Source of the DNA: an uncultured Dehalococcoidia bacterium
Lineage (GTDB): Bacteria; Chloroflexota; Dehalococcoidia; Lucifugimonadales; UBA1127
Direction: 5' to 3'
Length of the DNA stretch: 64,000 nucleotides
Assembly: GCA_964625945.1 (NCBI GenBank)
Contig: CAZVDP010000010.1
Location: 38,166-102,165, forward strand
Shown here: positions 47,646-57,743 of the stretch, piece after piece
How the letters are laid out: every line of letters begins with the position of its first letter
Position numbering within the stretch: position 1 is the stretch's first letter
Position numbers and translations under genes: made by a program
The notes under the pieces: model-generated
What the model saw: the letters and a program-made list of their open reading frames with translations, nothing else
Databases searched by the model: none
What the model was told of the DNA's origin: nothing

Positions 47646-48536
47646 CTAGTCAAACCCCAGGAAGGCAAGCAATTCCGTCAGTTCCTGTTTGGTTGTGTCA
47701 TCAATACTCGGACCAGGTGGACGGACATCCGCGGTCCCAAGGAGGCCGCGGCGGAAGAAAAGTTCCTTGCGAATCCGGAGACTAATCCCCTGCTGGGCTT
47801 CATAACGGATCAAGGGGACGTTCTTATAGAAAACTTCTTTCGCCTCTTGTAACGCACCAGCTTCGAGAAGCGAATAAACGTTAACCAAAACCTCCGGATA
47901 AGCAAACCCTGTCATGGTACCGCAGGCGCCTCTTGTTAACTCCTCAAGCAGGAAGACCCCTCCCAAGCCACCAAAGATCCCGAGAGAATCACCCGTCAAT
48001 GCTCGGACCGCAGTGACTTTGGGCGGAGTTGGAGGATCTTCTAGTTTGAGATATTTGGCGTTAGCCAATTCGTTATGCAACCGCGCTATAAAAGGCGGCG
48101 GCATGAACACACCGTTCACCTCCGGAAAGTCCTGAATAACTAGCGTGATCGGGACTTCGTTAATAGCTTTATAATACGAATACACCGAGTCAAGATTCGG
48201 TTTCCGGGTGTTGGGAGGTGCGACCATGACTGCATCGGCACCGATCGATTTCGCGAGAGAGGCGTTTTGCACCCCCAAATAGTCGCTTTGACCTGTAGCC
48301 CCAACTGTGACTGTAAGTCGCCCTTTAGCGGCCTTCACAACTTCCTTGACAATCCGCTCTCGCTCAGCCTCTGTAAGACGCGAATGTTCTCCCATTTCTC
48401 CTAGACAAACAACACCCTTACACCCAGTTTCAGCAGCCAGATTGACGAGTGGCGCCAGAAACGTTTCATCCAACTTGCCGTTTGCATCAAACGGCGTCGG
48501 CATCATCATGTGGATCCCGGCAAGTTCTAAGACCAT
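47646..48536 (-). CDS. dihydrodipicolinate synthase family aldolase/dehydratase
   Basis: PTPF, LGEMGE, VMVAPP, LVIQDFP, Schiff-base Lys in LKLED. Confidence 0.88.
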   Translation of the reverse strand: MVLELAGIHMMMPTPFDANGKLDETFLAPLVNLAAETGCKGVVCLGEMGEHSRLTEAERERIVKEVVKAAKGRLTVTVGATGQSDYLGVQNASLAKSIGADAVMVAPPNTRKPNLDSVYSYYKAINEVPITLVIQDFPEVNGVFMPPPFIARLHNELANAKYLKLEDPPTPPKVTAVRALTGDSLGIFGGLGGVFLLEELTRGACGTMTGFAYPEVLVNVYSLLEAGALQEAKEVFYKNVPLIRYEAQQGISLRIRKELFFRRGLLGTADVRPPGPSIDDTTKQELTELLAFLGFD

Positions 48537-48539
48537 GAG

Positions 48540-49223
48540 TTATCCCCCTCTTTGTGCTTTGGCCAGAAATGCTTCAACAAATCCGGGGCGTTCGCCTCGG
48601 AAATCGAACATCTTACGGCCAGATGATAGTTGTTCTCTCGCGTATGCTTCCCAAGCTTCAGCCGCTTGACAGTCAAGCAAGCATTCCAGCGCTTCTTTCG
48701 GTGTAGCGACTATCACTCCATCGTCATCCGCAAGAATCAAGTCGCCGGGATTAACAGTGATCCCTCCGACTTGCACGGGCACATTGACAGCGCCTTCCTC
48801 AAGTCCGTGCGGCTTGGTGACCTGAGCTACTGAGCCTGTGGAGAAAACCGGGAACCCGATACGCTCTATTGCTGCTCTATCGGTGATTGGACCATCAGCT
48901 ACCATGCCAGCAATACCAGCTTCCATAGCTTGCACCGAACCAAATTCCCCTGTCGCCGCATGACGCAATTCGCCTGCCCGACTAACGACTAGTACGTCGC
49001 CGGGTTTGGCCACATCACAGGCCTTGGCAACCGCCAAATAACTGCCTGGAACAGTCTGTACCGTAAGAGCAGGACCCACCAGCTTAACTGGCTTCCATAG
49101 CGCTGCGATGCTTCCTTCCATCGCGGTATCCAGAAGGTGTCCCAGCGTACCAGATGCAACCGCCCGGTAGGCGTCCAATGTTTCTTGAGAAATTGAGTCG
49201 TTTCTGGGATGTATGTTAATCAT
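48540..49223 (-). CDS. RraA / HMG aldolase family protein
   Basis: VGPALTV, ADGPITD, VNPGDLILADDDGV. Confidence 0.85.
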   Translation of the reverse strand: MINIHPRNDSISQETLDAYRAVASGTLGHLLDTAMEGSIAALWKPVKLVGPALTVQTVPGSYLAVAKACDVAKPGDVLVVSRAGELRHAATGEFGSVQAMEAGIAGMVADGPITDRAAIERIGFPVFSTGSVAQVTKPHGLEEGAVNVPVQVGGITVNPGDLILADDDGVIVATPKEALECLLDCQAAEAWEAYAREQLSSGRKMFDFRGERPGFVEAFLAKAQRGG

Positions 49224-49250
49224 GTTTCTCCTTCAAATGAAAGCGCAATC

Positions 49251-49279
49251 ACGATACCTTGCGTGAAGTTTGGTGTCAA
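49251..49279 (-). promoter_or_regulatory. sigma70 promoter for the RraA-DHDPS pair
   Basis: TTGACA-N17-TATCGT on the minus strand. Confidence 0.55.
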
Positions 49280-49349
49280 TCGCAGAGTGCCGGCCGCCGC
49301 CTTGGTAGTATAGCTTGACGATCAGTTGGATGCCTCCTAATATGGCCAA

Positions 49350-50327
49350 ATGTTGTTGATCGACCGTGCGACAGTAGAAGAGTTACTAGACTTTCCACAA
49401 CTAGTCGAAGCTCTGGCACCAGCAATGGCTGAACTCAGCCAAGGGGAGGTTTCAATGCCTCCCCGGTCCGGCCCCAAGATCGCAGAAGTCAACGGGGTGC
49501 TGGGCGTCATGCCAGCATACCTATCAAGGTCGCAAATTTTAGCGTGCAAATTGGTCAGCATCTACCCTGAAAATGCCGCTAAGAATCTCCCTACTCATAG
49601 TGCACTCGTTGTCGTTTACAGCCCACAAACCGGAATCCCTGTGGCGTTATTGGACGGAGGGAGCATCACGGCAACAAGAACTGCCGCTGGTTCCGCCCTC
49701 GCGACGAAACTGCTGGCCCGTCCTGAATCACGCATCCTCACGATTGTTGGAACAGGTGTACAAGCGCGCTCACACGCCCTCGGGATCCCTCAAGTGATAG
49801 CAGTTGATGAGATACGGATAGTTGGCAGGAACCAGAATAAAGCCAAGGCACTTTCCGAGGAAGTCCAAAGTCGATCCTCATGTCTTGTAACCTCTTTCGA
49901 TTCCATCCAAGAAGCTCTGGAAGATGCCGACATTGTGTGTACAACCACACACCCTTCCGCACCGGTTTTGTGTTGGAGTTGGCTGTCGCGAGGAACCCAC
50001 ATCAACTCGATTGGGTTGGAACAAGAACTTGATGAAGCAACTGTGCTGAATTCTACGGTATTCGTTGAATCGCGAGAATCGGTTTTAGCCGATCCGCCAG
50101 CCGGATCAAGAGATTTGCTTCTACCGATAAGATCTGGAGCTATCGACAGCACCCATATACAAGCAGAGATTGGAGAACTGATCTCTGGCAAACACAGTGG
50201 TCGCAAGTCTGCAGAAGAGGTCACGCTTTATAAATCTGTCGGGGTTGCAGTACAGGACGCGGTTGCAGCCCAGCTGGTTCTGGAGATTGCTCAACAATGT
50301 GGACGTGGAATAGAAATTACTATCTAA
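49350..50327 (+). CDS. ornithine cyclodeaminase / mu-crystallin family protein
   Basis: GVMPAY, KLVSIYPEN, ITATRTAA, GTGVQA, YKSVGVAVQD. Confidence 0.9.
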   Translation: MLLIDRATVEELLDFPQLVEALAPAMAELSQGEVSMPPRSGPKIAEVNGVLGVMPAYLSRSQILACKLVSIYPENAAKNLPTHSALVVVYSPQTGIPVALLDGGSITATRTAAGSALATKLLARPESRILTIVGTGVQARSHALGIPQVIAVDEIRIVGRNQNKAKALSEEVQSRSSCLVTSFDSIQEALEDADIVCTTTHPSAPVLCWSWLSRGTHINSIGLEQELDEATVLNSTVFVESRESVLADPPAGSRDLLLPIRSGAIDSTHIQAEIGELISGKHSGRKSAEEVTLYKSVGVAVQDAVAAQLVLEIAQQCGRGIEITI

Positions 50328-50354
50328 TACTTTGCTGTCATAAGAGGTGATACG

Positions 50355-50903
50355 ATGACCCTTCATAGAATCGCTGTTGAAAAGATGACCGAACAGACCT
50401 TTGAGCCATACGGGGAATTGATGATCTCAAAGGAGACTCCACCCTTCGAAGGAACGCCTTATCGCGTCAATTTTGACGGAGGCGACGTCCGCGTTGGAAC
50501 GAACTGGCTACCTTATAAGGGGTTCCAGTTCACGGGATTAGAACAACATCTCCACGTATCGCAATCATTTATCCATTTACAAGGAGCGCCCGCCTTCGTC
50601 GCAGTCGCGGCTTCCGCAGGCAGCGGTCGCGGCACCCAAATTCCTAAACCTGAGGACGTAAGGGTTTTCTTGATTGAACCCCACACTGGATACCTGTTGA
50701 AAAAGGGGACTTGGCACTCTGATCGACTCCCGCTTTACCCCCCGGGATCCATGATGGTTATTATCACTGACGAGGAAACAAACTTAGACCTGCAGGAATT
50801 CGGATCAATGACGACAGATCCATCTAGACGCGGTGGCTGGCAGTGGAACACATTAGTAGACTTCTCGTACAGCTTTGGTGTGACCTTTGAAGCAGTTCTC
50901 TAG
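50355..50903 (+). CDS. ureidoglycolate lyase-like cupin
   Basis: FEPYG, LEQH...SQSFI, KKGTWH. Confidence 0.7.
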   Translation: MTLHRIAVEKMTEQTFEPYGELMISKETPPFEGTPYRVNFDGGDVRVGTNWLPYKGFQFTGLEQHLHVSQSFIHLQGAPAFVAVAASAGSGRGTQIPKPEDVRVFLIEPHTGYLLKKGTWHSDRLPLYPPGSMMVIITDEETNLDLQEFGSMTTDPSRRGGWQWNTLVDFSYSFGVTFEAVL

Positions 50904-51014
50904 AAACTACAGTTTACAGGCTAAAGAGGTAGGCCTTCATTGGCGGAACTCTTGACCGATAGACGACGCCCAGCAGTCCGTGTTTCGGATCTTTCATGAC
51001 GGCTCAAACCATTC

Positions 51015-52250
51015 TCATCTAGAGTTCCCATCGCGGGTTCTTCCAAGTGGAAGAAATGCGAGTAAAAGAGCCGCAATCACGAAAAGCGAAGAGGCATAAA
51101 TGAACGTCGCCTGTACCCCTTCAGTTTGGTATAGGAAACCCGCGATTATTGGTGACGCCGCACTAAGAATGAACCGCGAAAAAGATAGAACTCCGAGAGT
51201 CGTCGTTGCAACCCGGTCACCGACAATGTCTAGGGCCGTTGCAGTCAAGATCGGCTGATCACTATATAGGAACACCCCAAGCAATGCGATCAGCAAAGTT
51301 AAAACCATCCCCTCACCAAACATCGCAATAGAAAACGAAATTGCAGCCAATGCAACCAGAGAAGGAAGAAGCACGAGTTTTCTGCCGAAACGATCCGAAA
51401 CATGCCCAAGAATAGGTGCTGAAACCACGCCGACCCCAACCAACAGTCCGATATGTACCCCGACACTAAATGAGCTTAAATTGAGAGACTCTCGCAGATA
51501 GAGCGGCAAGAATGTTACAAAGGCTAGATAGCCCATGCCTCGAATTCCGGCAACAAGTGTCACGCCCCAAAGGAGCGGCCGACGGAGAACGGCGCGAGTC
51601 AATTCCAGTTGGTCGCGAAATCGATTCTGGTCTTGCCCATCACCGGTATGACCTATATCACGGAAAGCCCAGAAAACTGCGAAAGCAATCAACATTGGTA
51701 CGACCGAATAACTGGATATCAGGTGCTGCCAGGCGAAAAACCCTAGTAAGGCACCTGTAAGAAGAGGACCGATAACATCTCCCAGACTCCCTCCTACGCT
51801 ATGAATTGAAAGTGCGGCGCCTCGTCGATGAGCGAATCGATGCGAAAGGGATGCTGAAGCAGGGAGGTGCCAAATCGAACTCGCTGTCGACACGACAGCC
51901 ATCCCGACTAAGAGAAGTGGGTATATGGGGGCAAATCCGATCAAGAGCCAGCCAATTCCAAACCCTCCCATACATAACGCGAGGATCAATCCCCACGAAC
52001 GTCGCAAGAAGTCTGCGGCGACACCTCCTGGCAACGTGACCATGCCAGCCATAATTTCACGCATAGAATTGATCGCCCCGACTTGAACTGCACTTAGGCC
52101 GAAAGTTGTTTTAACTTCCGGAAGCATTACCAAAAAGCTTTGTGTAAACCAATGGAAAATCGCATGGCCACTACTCAAGCCACCCAGAATAAACGACGGC
52201 CTATCTCGAAGGCGGTGATCTGAATCCCGATGTCCCTCTACTTCGGCCAT
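51015..52250 (-). CDS. MFS transporter (Fsr-like)
   Basis: GGVAADF, WHLPA, GHVSDRFGRK. Confidence 0.88.
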   Translation of the reverse strand: MAEVEGHRDSDHRLRDRPSFILGGLSSGHAIFHWFTQSFLVMLPEVKTTFGLSAVQVGAINSMREIMAGMVTLPGGVAADFLRRSWGLILALCMGGFGIGWLLIGFAPIYPLLLVGMAVVSTASSIWHLPASASLSHRFAHRRGAALSIHSVGGSLGDVIGPLLTGALLGFFAWQHLISSYSVVPMLIAFAVFWAFRDIGHTGDGQDQNRFRDQLELTRAVLRRPLLWGVTLVAGIRGMGYLAFVTFLPLYLRESLNLSSFSVGVHIGLLVGVGVVSAPILGHVSDRFGRKLVLLPSLVALAAISFSIAMFGEGMVLTLLIALLGVFLYSDQPILTATALDIVGDRVATTTLGVLSFSRFILSAASPIIAGFLYQTEGVQATFIYASSLFVIAALLLAFLPLGRTRDGNSR

Positions 52251-52318
52251 GTTAAGCCCTCCTCGCCACGTTAAGAAAGTTCAAGGATACCAGACGATCT
52301 ACTCGCAGTCGCCTACAA

Positions 52319-53251
52319 CTACCACCAGATCTTTTTCTCCAGTTCATCCGCTTCTATCCGGTGGGATTCCAAGCCAAGTAGTCCGGATGTATATCGCCAG
52401 CCGTTGTCAGCAAACAAGAGTACAATATTGCCTTTTTGAAGGCGTTTAGCCATCCGAAGGCCTGCATGGAGAACAGCGCCAGAAGAAATACCAACCATAA
52501 GACCGGTACTTTGAAACAGCCGACGGACGGCAGCGAAGCTCGCGGTACTGTCAACGAGGAATCGACTACCTAAAAGAGAAAAGTCGAGCAGAGGAGGTTC
52601 GTAACCTTCCTCTAGGCTACGAATTCCCTGGATGTTTTCACCTAGGGCAGGTGTAACTCCAACAATCAGGCAATCCTTGTTTCTTTCTTTGAGGCGTCTA
52701 CCTATACCAGTCAATGTGCCACCTGTGCCGATCCCAGCGACAAAAGCGTCTACCTGTGGCAGGGTTTCAAGAATCTCCCGTCCAGTAGTTTCATAGTGCG
52801 TGGTGAGATTAACTCTCGCTTCAAACTGTCTTGTGGCATAGTAGCCGTTCATCTTCGCGATCTCCTGAGCTTTTTCGATGGGTCCTAACATGCCTGCTCG
52901 TAAAGGTTCTAAGATTACCTGAGCGCCAACAAGACGGATTAGATCTTCCAGAAACGGCGTTATGTTTGGTGGCACGACAATCGTGAGATGGTAGCCCTTT
53001 TGTTTGGAAACAAGAGCAAGAGATAATGCCATGTTTCCGGTACTGGCTTCTACAAGTGTCATCCCGGGATGGATAAGTCCTTCTTGTTCTGCTTTCTCTA
53101 CAATCGCCTTCGCCACACGATCTTTAATGCTGCCGGTCGGATTGAATCCTTCCAATTTCGCGAAGAGGCGTACAGCAGGATTTGGTGATAGGTGTTGCAG
53201 TTCGACTAATGGAGTATCGCCAATAGTATCAAGGATCGTCAGTCGATTCAT
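52319..53251 (-). CDS. cysM: PLP-dependent cysteine synthase family protein (CysM-like)
   Basis: IGDTPLV, AKLEGFNPTGSIKDR, GIGTGGT, GISSGA. Confidence 0.8.
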   Translation of the reverse strand: MNRLTILDTIGDTPLVELQHLSPNPAVRLFAKLEGFNPTGSIKDRVAKAIVEKAEQEGLIHPGMTLVEASTGNMALSLALVSKQKGYHLTIVVPPNITPFLEDLIRLVGAQVILEPLRAGMLGPIEKAQEIAKMNGYYATRQFEARVNLTTHYETTGREILETLPQVDAFVAGIGTGGTLTGIGRRLKERNKDCLIVGVTPALGENIQGIRSLEEGYEPPLLDFSLLGSRFLVDSTASFAAVRRLFQSTGLMVGISSGAVLHAGLRMAKRLQKGNIVLLFADNGWRYTSGLLGLESHRIEADELEKKIWW

Positions 53252-53480
53252 ATGGTATGGCCAGCCTATTTAGGATCTCAGGTTAGCCTACAACAAGAGA
53301 TGCATTTTTTATAGTTAACAAAACTCCCAATTGGGATATAGACGCGTTCATAGAGAAGAACCCTCCGATATTCGTTCCGTGATGTTCACTGACGTTCGCC
53401 AGTTATAATCGCAGGGTAGATTAATTAAGATCTACTATTACGCAAACGATAGACGAGTGATTCAATACTTGGAGGGCAAA

Positions 53481-54386
53481 ATGGAAATGCGATCATTGGG
53501 GCGTACCAATCTCAAGGTGAGTCGACTGGGACTTGGACTAGCTCGTGTCGGCTATGAGTTGACAATGGACGATCTGAATGAAGCTTCTGGGGTCTTTGAT
53601 GCGGCTCTTGACGCAGGTGTAAATTTCCTCGATACGGCAGCCTGTTACGGGATTAGTGAAACGTTAGTGGGGCGTCTGCTCTCTCAACGACGTCATCAAT
53701 ATGTGCTGGCAACCAAATGCGGACATGTCGTAGAAAATGACCATGGCGAACCCTGGACAGCGCAGACGGTCCAACACAGTATCCGTAGGAGTCTCGAACG
53801 CATGAACACCGATTACCTCGACTTAATCCAACTACATTCTTGTGATACCGACGTTCTCGAGGAAGGGTCTGTGATCAATGCCCTCGAAGAAGCAAAACGA
53901 GATGGGCTCGTTAGATTTATAGGTTACAGCGGGGATAATGAAGCTGCATCTTGGGCAGTGGCCTCTGGTTGCTTTGACACTCTACAAACCAGTTTTAATA
54001 TTGTTGACCAGAAGGCGAGATTTTCGCTTCTCGACGCGGCGAAACGTCAAGGAATGGGAATTATTATCAAGCGGCCAATCGCGAACGGTACCTGGGGAGC
54101 TGACAAGAGCCCCAGTCCCTACGCGGACGACTATTACGCTCGAGCTGAAGTGATGCAGGCGGCTGACCCAGTGGACTCACTTAAGATGGACAGAGTCTCG
54201 CTAGCGATGGCATTCGTATTCTCGTACTCAGAAGTTGATACAGCGATCATAGGAACTAGGAACCCAAAGCATATGAAGGAAAACCTGACCAGATTTCAAA
54301 ACGGGGTCACCATAGATGAACACTTACGCGAGGAGATAGAGACACGATTTAATTCACTTGGTGCCGATTGGCCACAACTTGGTTAA
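53481..54386 (+). CDS. aldo/keto reductase
   Basis: LGRTNLKVSRLGLG, DTAACYG, ATKCG, DLIQLHS. Confidence 0.9.
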   Translation: MEMRSLGRTNLKVSRLGLGLARVGYELTMDDLNEASGVFDAALDAGVNFLDTAACYGISETLVGRLLSQRRHQYVLATKCGHVVENDHGEPWTAQTVQHSIRRSLERMNTDYLDLIQLHSCDTDVLEEGSVINALEEAKRDGLVRFIGYSGDNEAASWAVASGCFDTLQTSFNIVDQKARFSLLDAAKRQGMGIIIKRPIANGTWGADKSPSPYADDYYARAEVMQAADPVDSLKMDRVSLAMAFVFSYSEVDTAIIGTRNPKHMKENLTRFQNGVTIDEHLREEIETRFNSLGADWPQLG

Positions 54387-54396
54387 TCGGTCACGC

Positions 54397-54816
54397 TCAA
54401 AGAAAGTGTTCCAACACGGGACGAACGACCTGCGAGTGTATTCTCTTTTTCGATATAAGGTGAAAAAACACCCATTGAGTGATCACTTTGAGCCCTGAGG
54501 TCTTCGTATGAAAATTGATTGTCCAAAGAGTGCAGTCACCATTCTCATCGAAAATATCGATCCGGTCCGACCACGAGCCATCGAGAGATTCCATATATCG
54601 GGCATCAGGGTAGTGGAATGTACATCTCCAGGTCACAGTGTCGTCCCCACGGCCTTGCGTAGTGACAAATCCGTTCTGGAAAGTTTCTTGTATTTGTCCG
54701 TGTTTCGCAGTGAACGTTCGCCGATTCGAAACGCCTGTCGGTCCGACCCCAGTAATATATCGATAGACTCGTTCACGTTGCGCGGGAACGATGGTTTGAA
54801 TCTTCAAGGAACCCAT
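54397..54816 (-). CDS. hypothetical protein (SRPBCC/START-like)
   Basis: 139-aa ORF, SD GGAGG, PAQRERVYRYI start typical of the fold. Confidence 0.55.
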   Translation of the reverse strand: MGSLKIQTIVPAQRERVYRYITGVGPTGVSNRRTFTAKHGQIQETFQNGFVTTQGRGDDTVTWRCTFHYPDARYMESLDGSWSDRIDIFDENGDCTLWTINFHTKTSGLKVITQWVFFHLISKKRIHSQVVRPVLEHFL

Positions 54817-55000
54817 CTATCGCCTCCATTTCGGATGCAGCACGCTTTGCCCATACTTCGATCAGGATGATAGAACGACATCACGGTGCATGTCGACTCG
54901 AAATTCCATTAATGTTTTAGAGTATCGCTGCTTCACTTCGTTCCGGCAACTTGCGTAGCGTTTCCTGAGTGCATATCATGGGTTGCGAGGGAAAGACAGT

Positions 55001-55687
55001 ATGGGGACCAAATTGTCAATCACGACTATCGTTCTGCAGAATGGGAAACGTTCACACGAAGGCATCCTGTTTTTACGAAAGATCAACGCAGAGAATATAA
55101 GACAAGGGCTTGAAGTCTATGCTTTAGCTGAAACTAAGTCCTTAGACGCTGAAAACCTGTGTCGTGAAGTTTTGGATACATTTGAGGAGTGCATTGTCAA
55201 ATCTGGCACTGCAGCATTTACCACAGTGCTTTCTGAAGCTTATCAAATCTGTCATCAGAAACTTGCGGACACCTTACAAGACGCGCCATTTGCGGCGAGA
55301 GTTGGACTTGGCCTTACCACCCTCGCCGTGCGTGACGACAATCTAATCTTCGCCAAAATGGGACCAGGAATTCTATACCTCCAAGATAGTTCCGGCTTAC
55401 GTGAAGTACAACCTCCGCTTCTCAGCAACGCTCAGGATGAGACCCCTAACGGAGATAACTGTTTGGGAACCGCTCTAGGACCTGCCACTATCCGTGTCGG
55501 ACATCACACTCTAAGTCCGGGCCAAACCTTTATCGCGTCAACCAGTACCCTGGGAGTCGCGAGTTCATACGACGGCTTATACGCGATACTCGATTCACCT
55601 ATCGAAGAGAGCGAGGACAAACTTGAACTGTTGATGGGACAGGAAGTATATTTCGCTGCTTGCCTAATCAAAAAGGGCCAAAGATAG
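55001..55687 (+). CDS. hypothetical protein, degenerate PP2C-like fold
   Basis: secondary-structure-like pattern of PP2C (YALAE, GLTTLAVRDDNLIFAKMGP, L.PGQTFIAS) without the catalytic Asp motifs; ends 3 nt before tsaD. Confidence 0.55.
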   Translation: MGTKLSITTIVLQNGKRSHEGILFLRKINAENIRQGLEVYALAETKSLDAENLCREVLDTFEECIVKSGTAAFTTVLSEAYQICHQKLADTLQDAPFAARVGLGLTTLAVRDDNLIFAKMGPGILYLQDSSGLREVQPPLLSNAQDETPNGDNCLGTALGPATIRVGHHTLSPGQTFIASTSTLGVASSYDGLYAILDSPIEESEDKLELLMGQEVYFAACLIKKGQR

Positions 55688-55690
55688 CTG

Positions 55691-56737
55691 ATGCGCATCC
55701 TTGGCATAGAAACGTCGTGCGATGAAACGGCGGTCGGGATTGTCGACAACGGCCGCGAACTGTTGGCCAATGTTGTTGGCTCCCAGATCGAAGTGCACGC
55801 ACGATACGGAGGAATAGTCCCTGAAGTAGCCTCCCGGCAACATATGTTAGCGATGTTGCCGATCTATCGTGAAGCGCTGAATTCCGCTCAAATACGGCAG
55901 GATTCTTTAGACGCTGTCGCGGTAACGGTAGGCCCAGGCCTAGCCGGATCGTTAATAGTCGGAGTAAATTTCGCTAAGGGCATGGCGTTCGCGTTAGGAC
56001 TACCGCTCCTGGGAATCAATCATTTAGACGGCCACGTGTATGGAGCTTGGCTTGAAGACGGTCCCGATCCTGATGTTCGACCTGGCTTCCCATTAATCTG
56101 TCTAATCGCCTCAGGAGGACACACAGATTTATTACTCATGAAAGAGCATTCGATCTACACTTTGCTGGGAGGCACACGCGATGATGCAGCTGGAGAAGCT
56201 TTTGACAAAGTCGCCCGTGTACTTGGGCTAGGTTTCCCTGGCGGACCCCAGATCGAAAGATTAGCACGGAGCGCGACAGCTCCCGAGCGTTTACCTCGCG
56301 CCTGGATGAAGGGTAATCTGGAATTTAGTTTTTCGGGTCTCAAAACCGCTACATTGCATCGTGCACGCGATCTCGGCGTGGAGAGTCAACAAGTCGAAAC
56401 AGACGACTCGTCCAGTGATACCTCAGTTAAGACGATAGCTGCCAACGTAGCTGCTGGATTCCAAGAATCTGTGATCGACGTTCTGGTCCATAAAGCGGTT
56501 TCAGCTGCAAGGAAGTATCATGCTGCTGGCATCATTCTCTCGGGTGGCGTAGCCGCTAACAGTGCTCTCCGCTTGGAACTTGAAACTCGTTCTCCGGTTC
56601 CCGTGATCATGCCTCGACCGTCACTATGTACCGATAATGGCGCTATGGTCGCCGCAGCTGGCTTTTTTGGCCGGAACCGCACGAAACCATCATTTGTCGA
56701 AGATGTTGTTCCCAGCCTCCGACTAGGCACAATCTGA
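55691..56737 (+). CDS. tsaD: tRNA N6-adenosine threonylcarbamoyltransferase
   Basis: ILGIETSCDET, NHLDGH, SGGHT, DDAAGEAFDK, CTDNGAM. Confidence 0.96.
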   Translation: MRILGIETSCDETAVGIVDNGRELLANVVGSQIEVHARYGGIVPEVASRQHMLAMLPIYREALNSAQIRQDSLDAVAVTVGPGLAGSLIVGVNFAKGMAFALGLPLLGINHLDGHVYGAWLEDGPDPDVRPGFPLICLIASGGHTDLLLMKEHSIYTLLGGTRDDAAGEAFDKVARVLGLGFPGGPQIERLARSATAPERLPRAWMKGNLEFSFSGLKTATLHRARDLGVESQQVETDDSSSDTSVKTIAANVAAGFQESVIDVLVHKAVSAARKYHAAGIILSGGVAANSALRLELETRSPVPVIMPRPSLCTDNGAMVAAAGFFGRNRTKPSFVEDVVPSLRLGTI

Positions 56738-56805
56738 GACGCCGTCGCGGCCCAAGCCGACCCGCGTAATACACCGTGTTACCAACCAACATAGGTTCAG
56801 GCCGT

Positions 56806-57588
56806 CTACCAAGCGGTCCACCCGCCATCAATGACTAACTCGCTCCCCGTCATATAGGATGATTCATCTGAAGCAAGAAAGAGCATCCCATAAGCAATTT
56901 CCTCCGGGCGTCCTGATCTCCCCATCGGCATCTTAGAGTTTACAAAATCTTGCTGCTCCTTGGATGGAGGAGGGGAATCGCCCATACGTGTCGCAATTGG
57001 GCCGGGGTGGATCGAGTTCGCACGTATCCCATCATCAGCGTGTTGAACGGCTGTCGTCTTAGTGAACATTCGGACGGCACCCTTCGATGTCTGGTAAGCA
57101 GCGCCGCTAGTGCGAGCTCCGACAATTCCCATCTGAGAAGACGTGTTGATTATCGATCCACCTCCAGAAGTCCTCATAACGGGGATTGCATGCTTCGTCC
57201 CTAAGAAGACGCCCGTCATATTGACGGCCATCACTTTGTCCCATGCTTCCAAAGGAGTCCCATCGATGATTTGACGCCCTTTTAGGTCGACTGAACCACG
57301 AGCTCCAATGCCAGCATTATTGACAAGGATATCTAATCGTCCAAATGATGCTACCGTCGCTTCAATCGCCTTTATCCAATTCTCTTCCGAAGCAACGTCC
57401 AAGGCTACAAAGATAGCTTCTCCTCCAGAAGAGCAGATTTCTTCCGCTAATTCTCGACCTTCTTTCTCCCTAACGTCTCCGCAGACCACCTTTGCTCCTT
57501 CGTTAGCGAACATTCGAGCTGTCGCTGCACCAATACCTTCATCCCGCGCAGCGCCGGTCACGATTGCCACCTTACCCGCTAGCCGCAT
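56806..57588 (-). CDS. SDR family oxidoreductase
   Basis: VTGAA...GIG, VNNAG, YQTSK, IDGG; SD GGAGGT before MRLAG. Confidence 0.92.
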   Translation of the reverse strand: MRLAGKVAIVTGAARDEGIGAATARMFANEGAKVVCGDVREKEGRELAEEICSSGGEAIFVALDVASEENWIKAIEATVASFGRLDILVNNAGIGARGSVDLKGRQIIDGTPLEAWDKVMAVNMTGVFLGTKHAIPVMRTSGGGSIINTSSQMGIVGARTSGAAYQTSKGAVRMFTKTTAVQHADDGIRANSIHPGPIATRMGDSPPPSKEQQDFVNSKMPMGRSGRPEEIAYGMLFLASDESSYMTGSELVIDGGWTAW

Positions 57589-57670
57589 ACCTACCTCCAT
57601 AATAAATCACGTATTGGTAGGCATTGTATCGGGCAATCAACCGAGATGGAAGACGTAAAACCACCTCCAT

Positions 57671-57700
57671 TTGACCGCCACGAACACGTAGCCATATAAT
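57671..57700 (+). promoter_or_regulatory. sigma70 promoter of pheS
   Basis: TTGACC-N18-TATAAT. Confidence 0.6.
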
Positions 57701-57743
57701 ATGGATGAGACGCCAGTCTCGGTCTACTTCATGCGAGGGAACG

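Noticed and set aside
57601-57743. T-box leader for pheS (also considered for trpS)
   Set aside because: The promoter is only about 45 nt from the start, leaving no room, and no T-box sequence is seen
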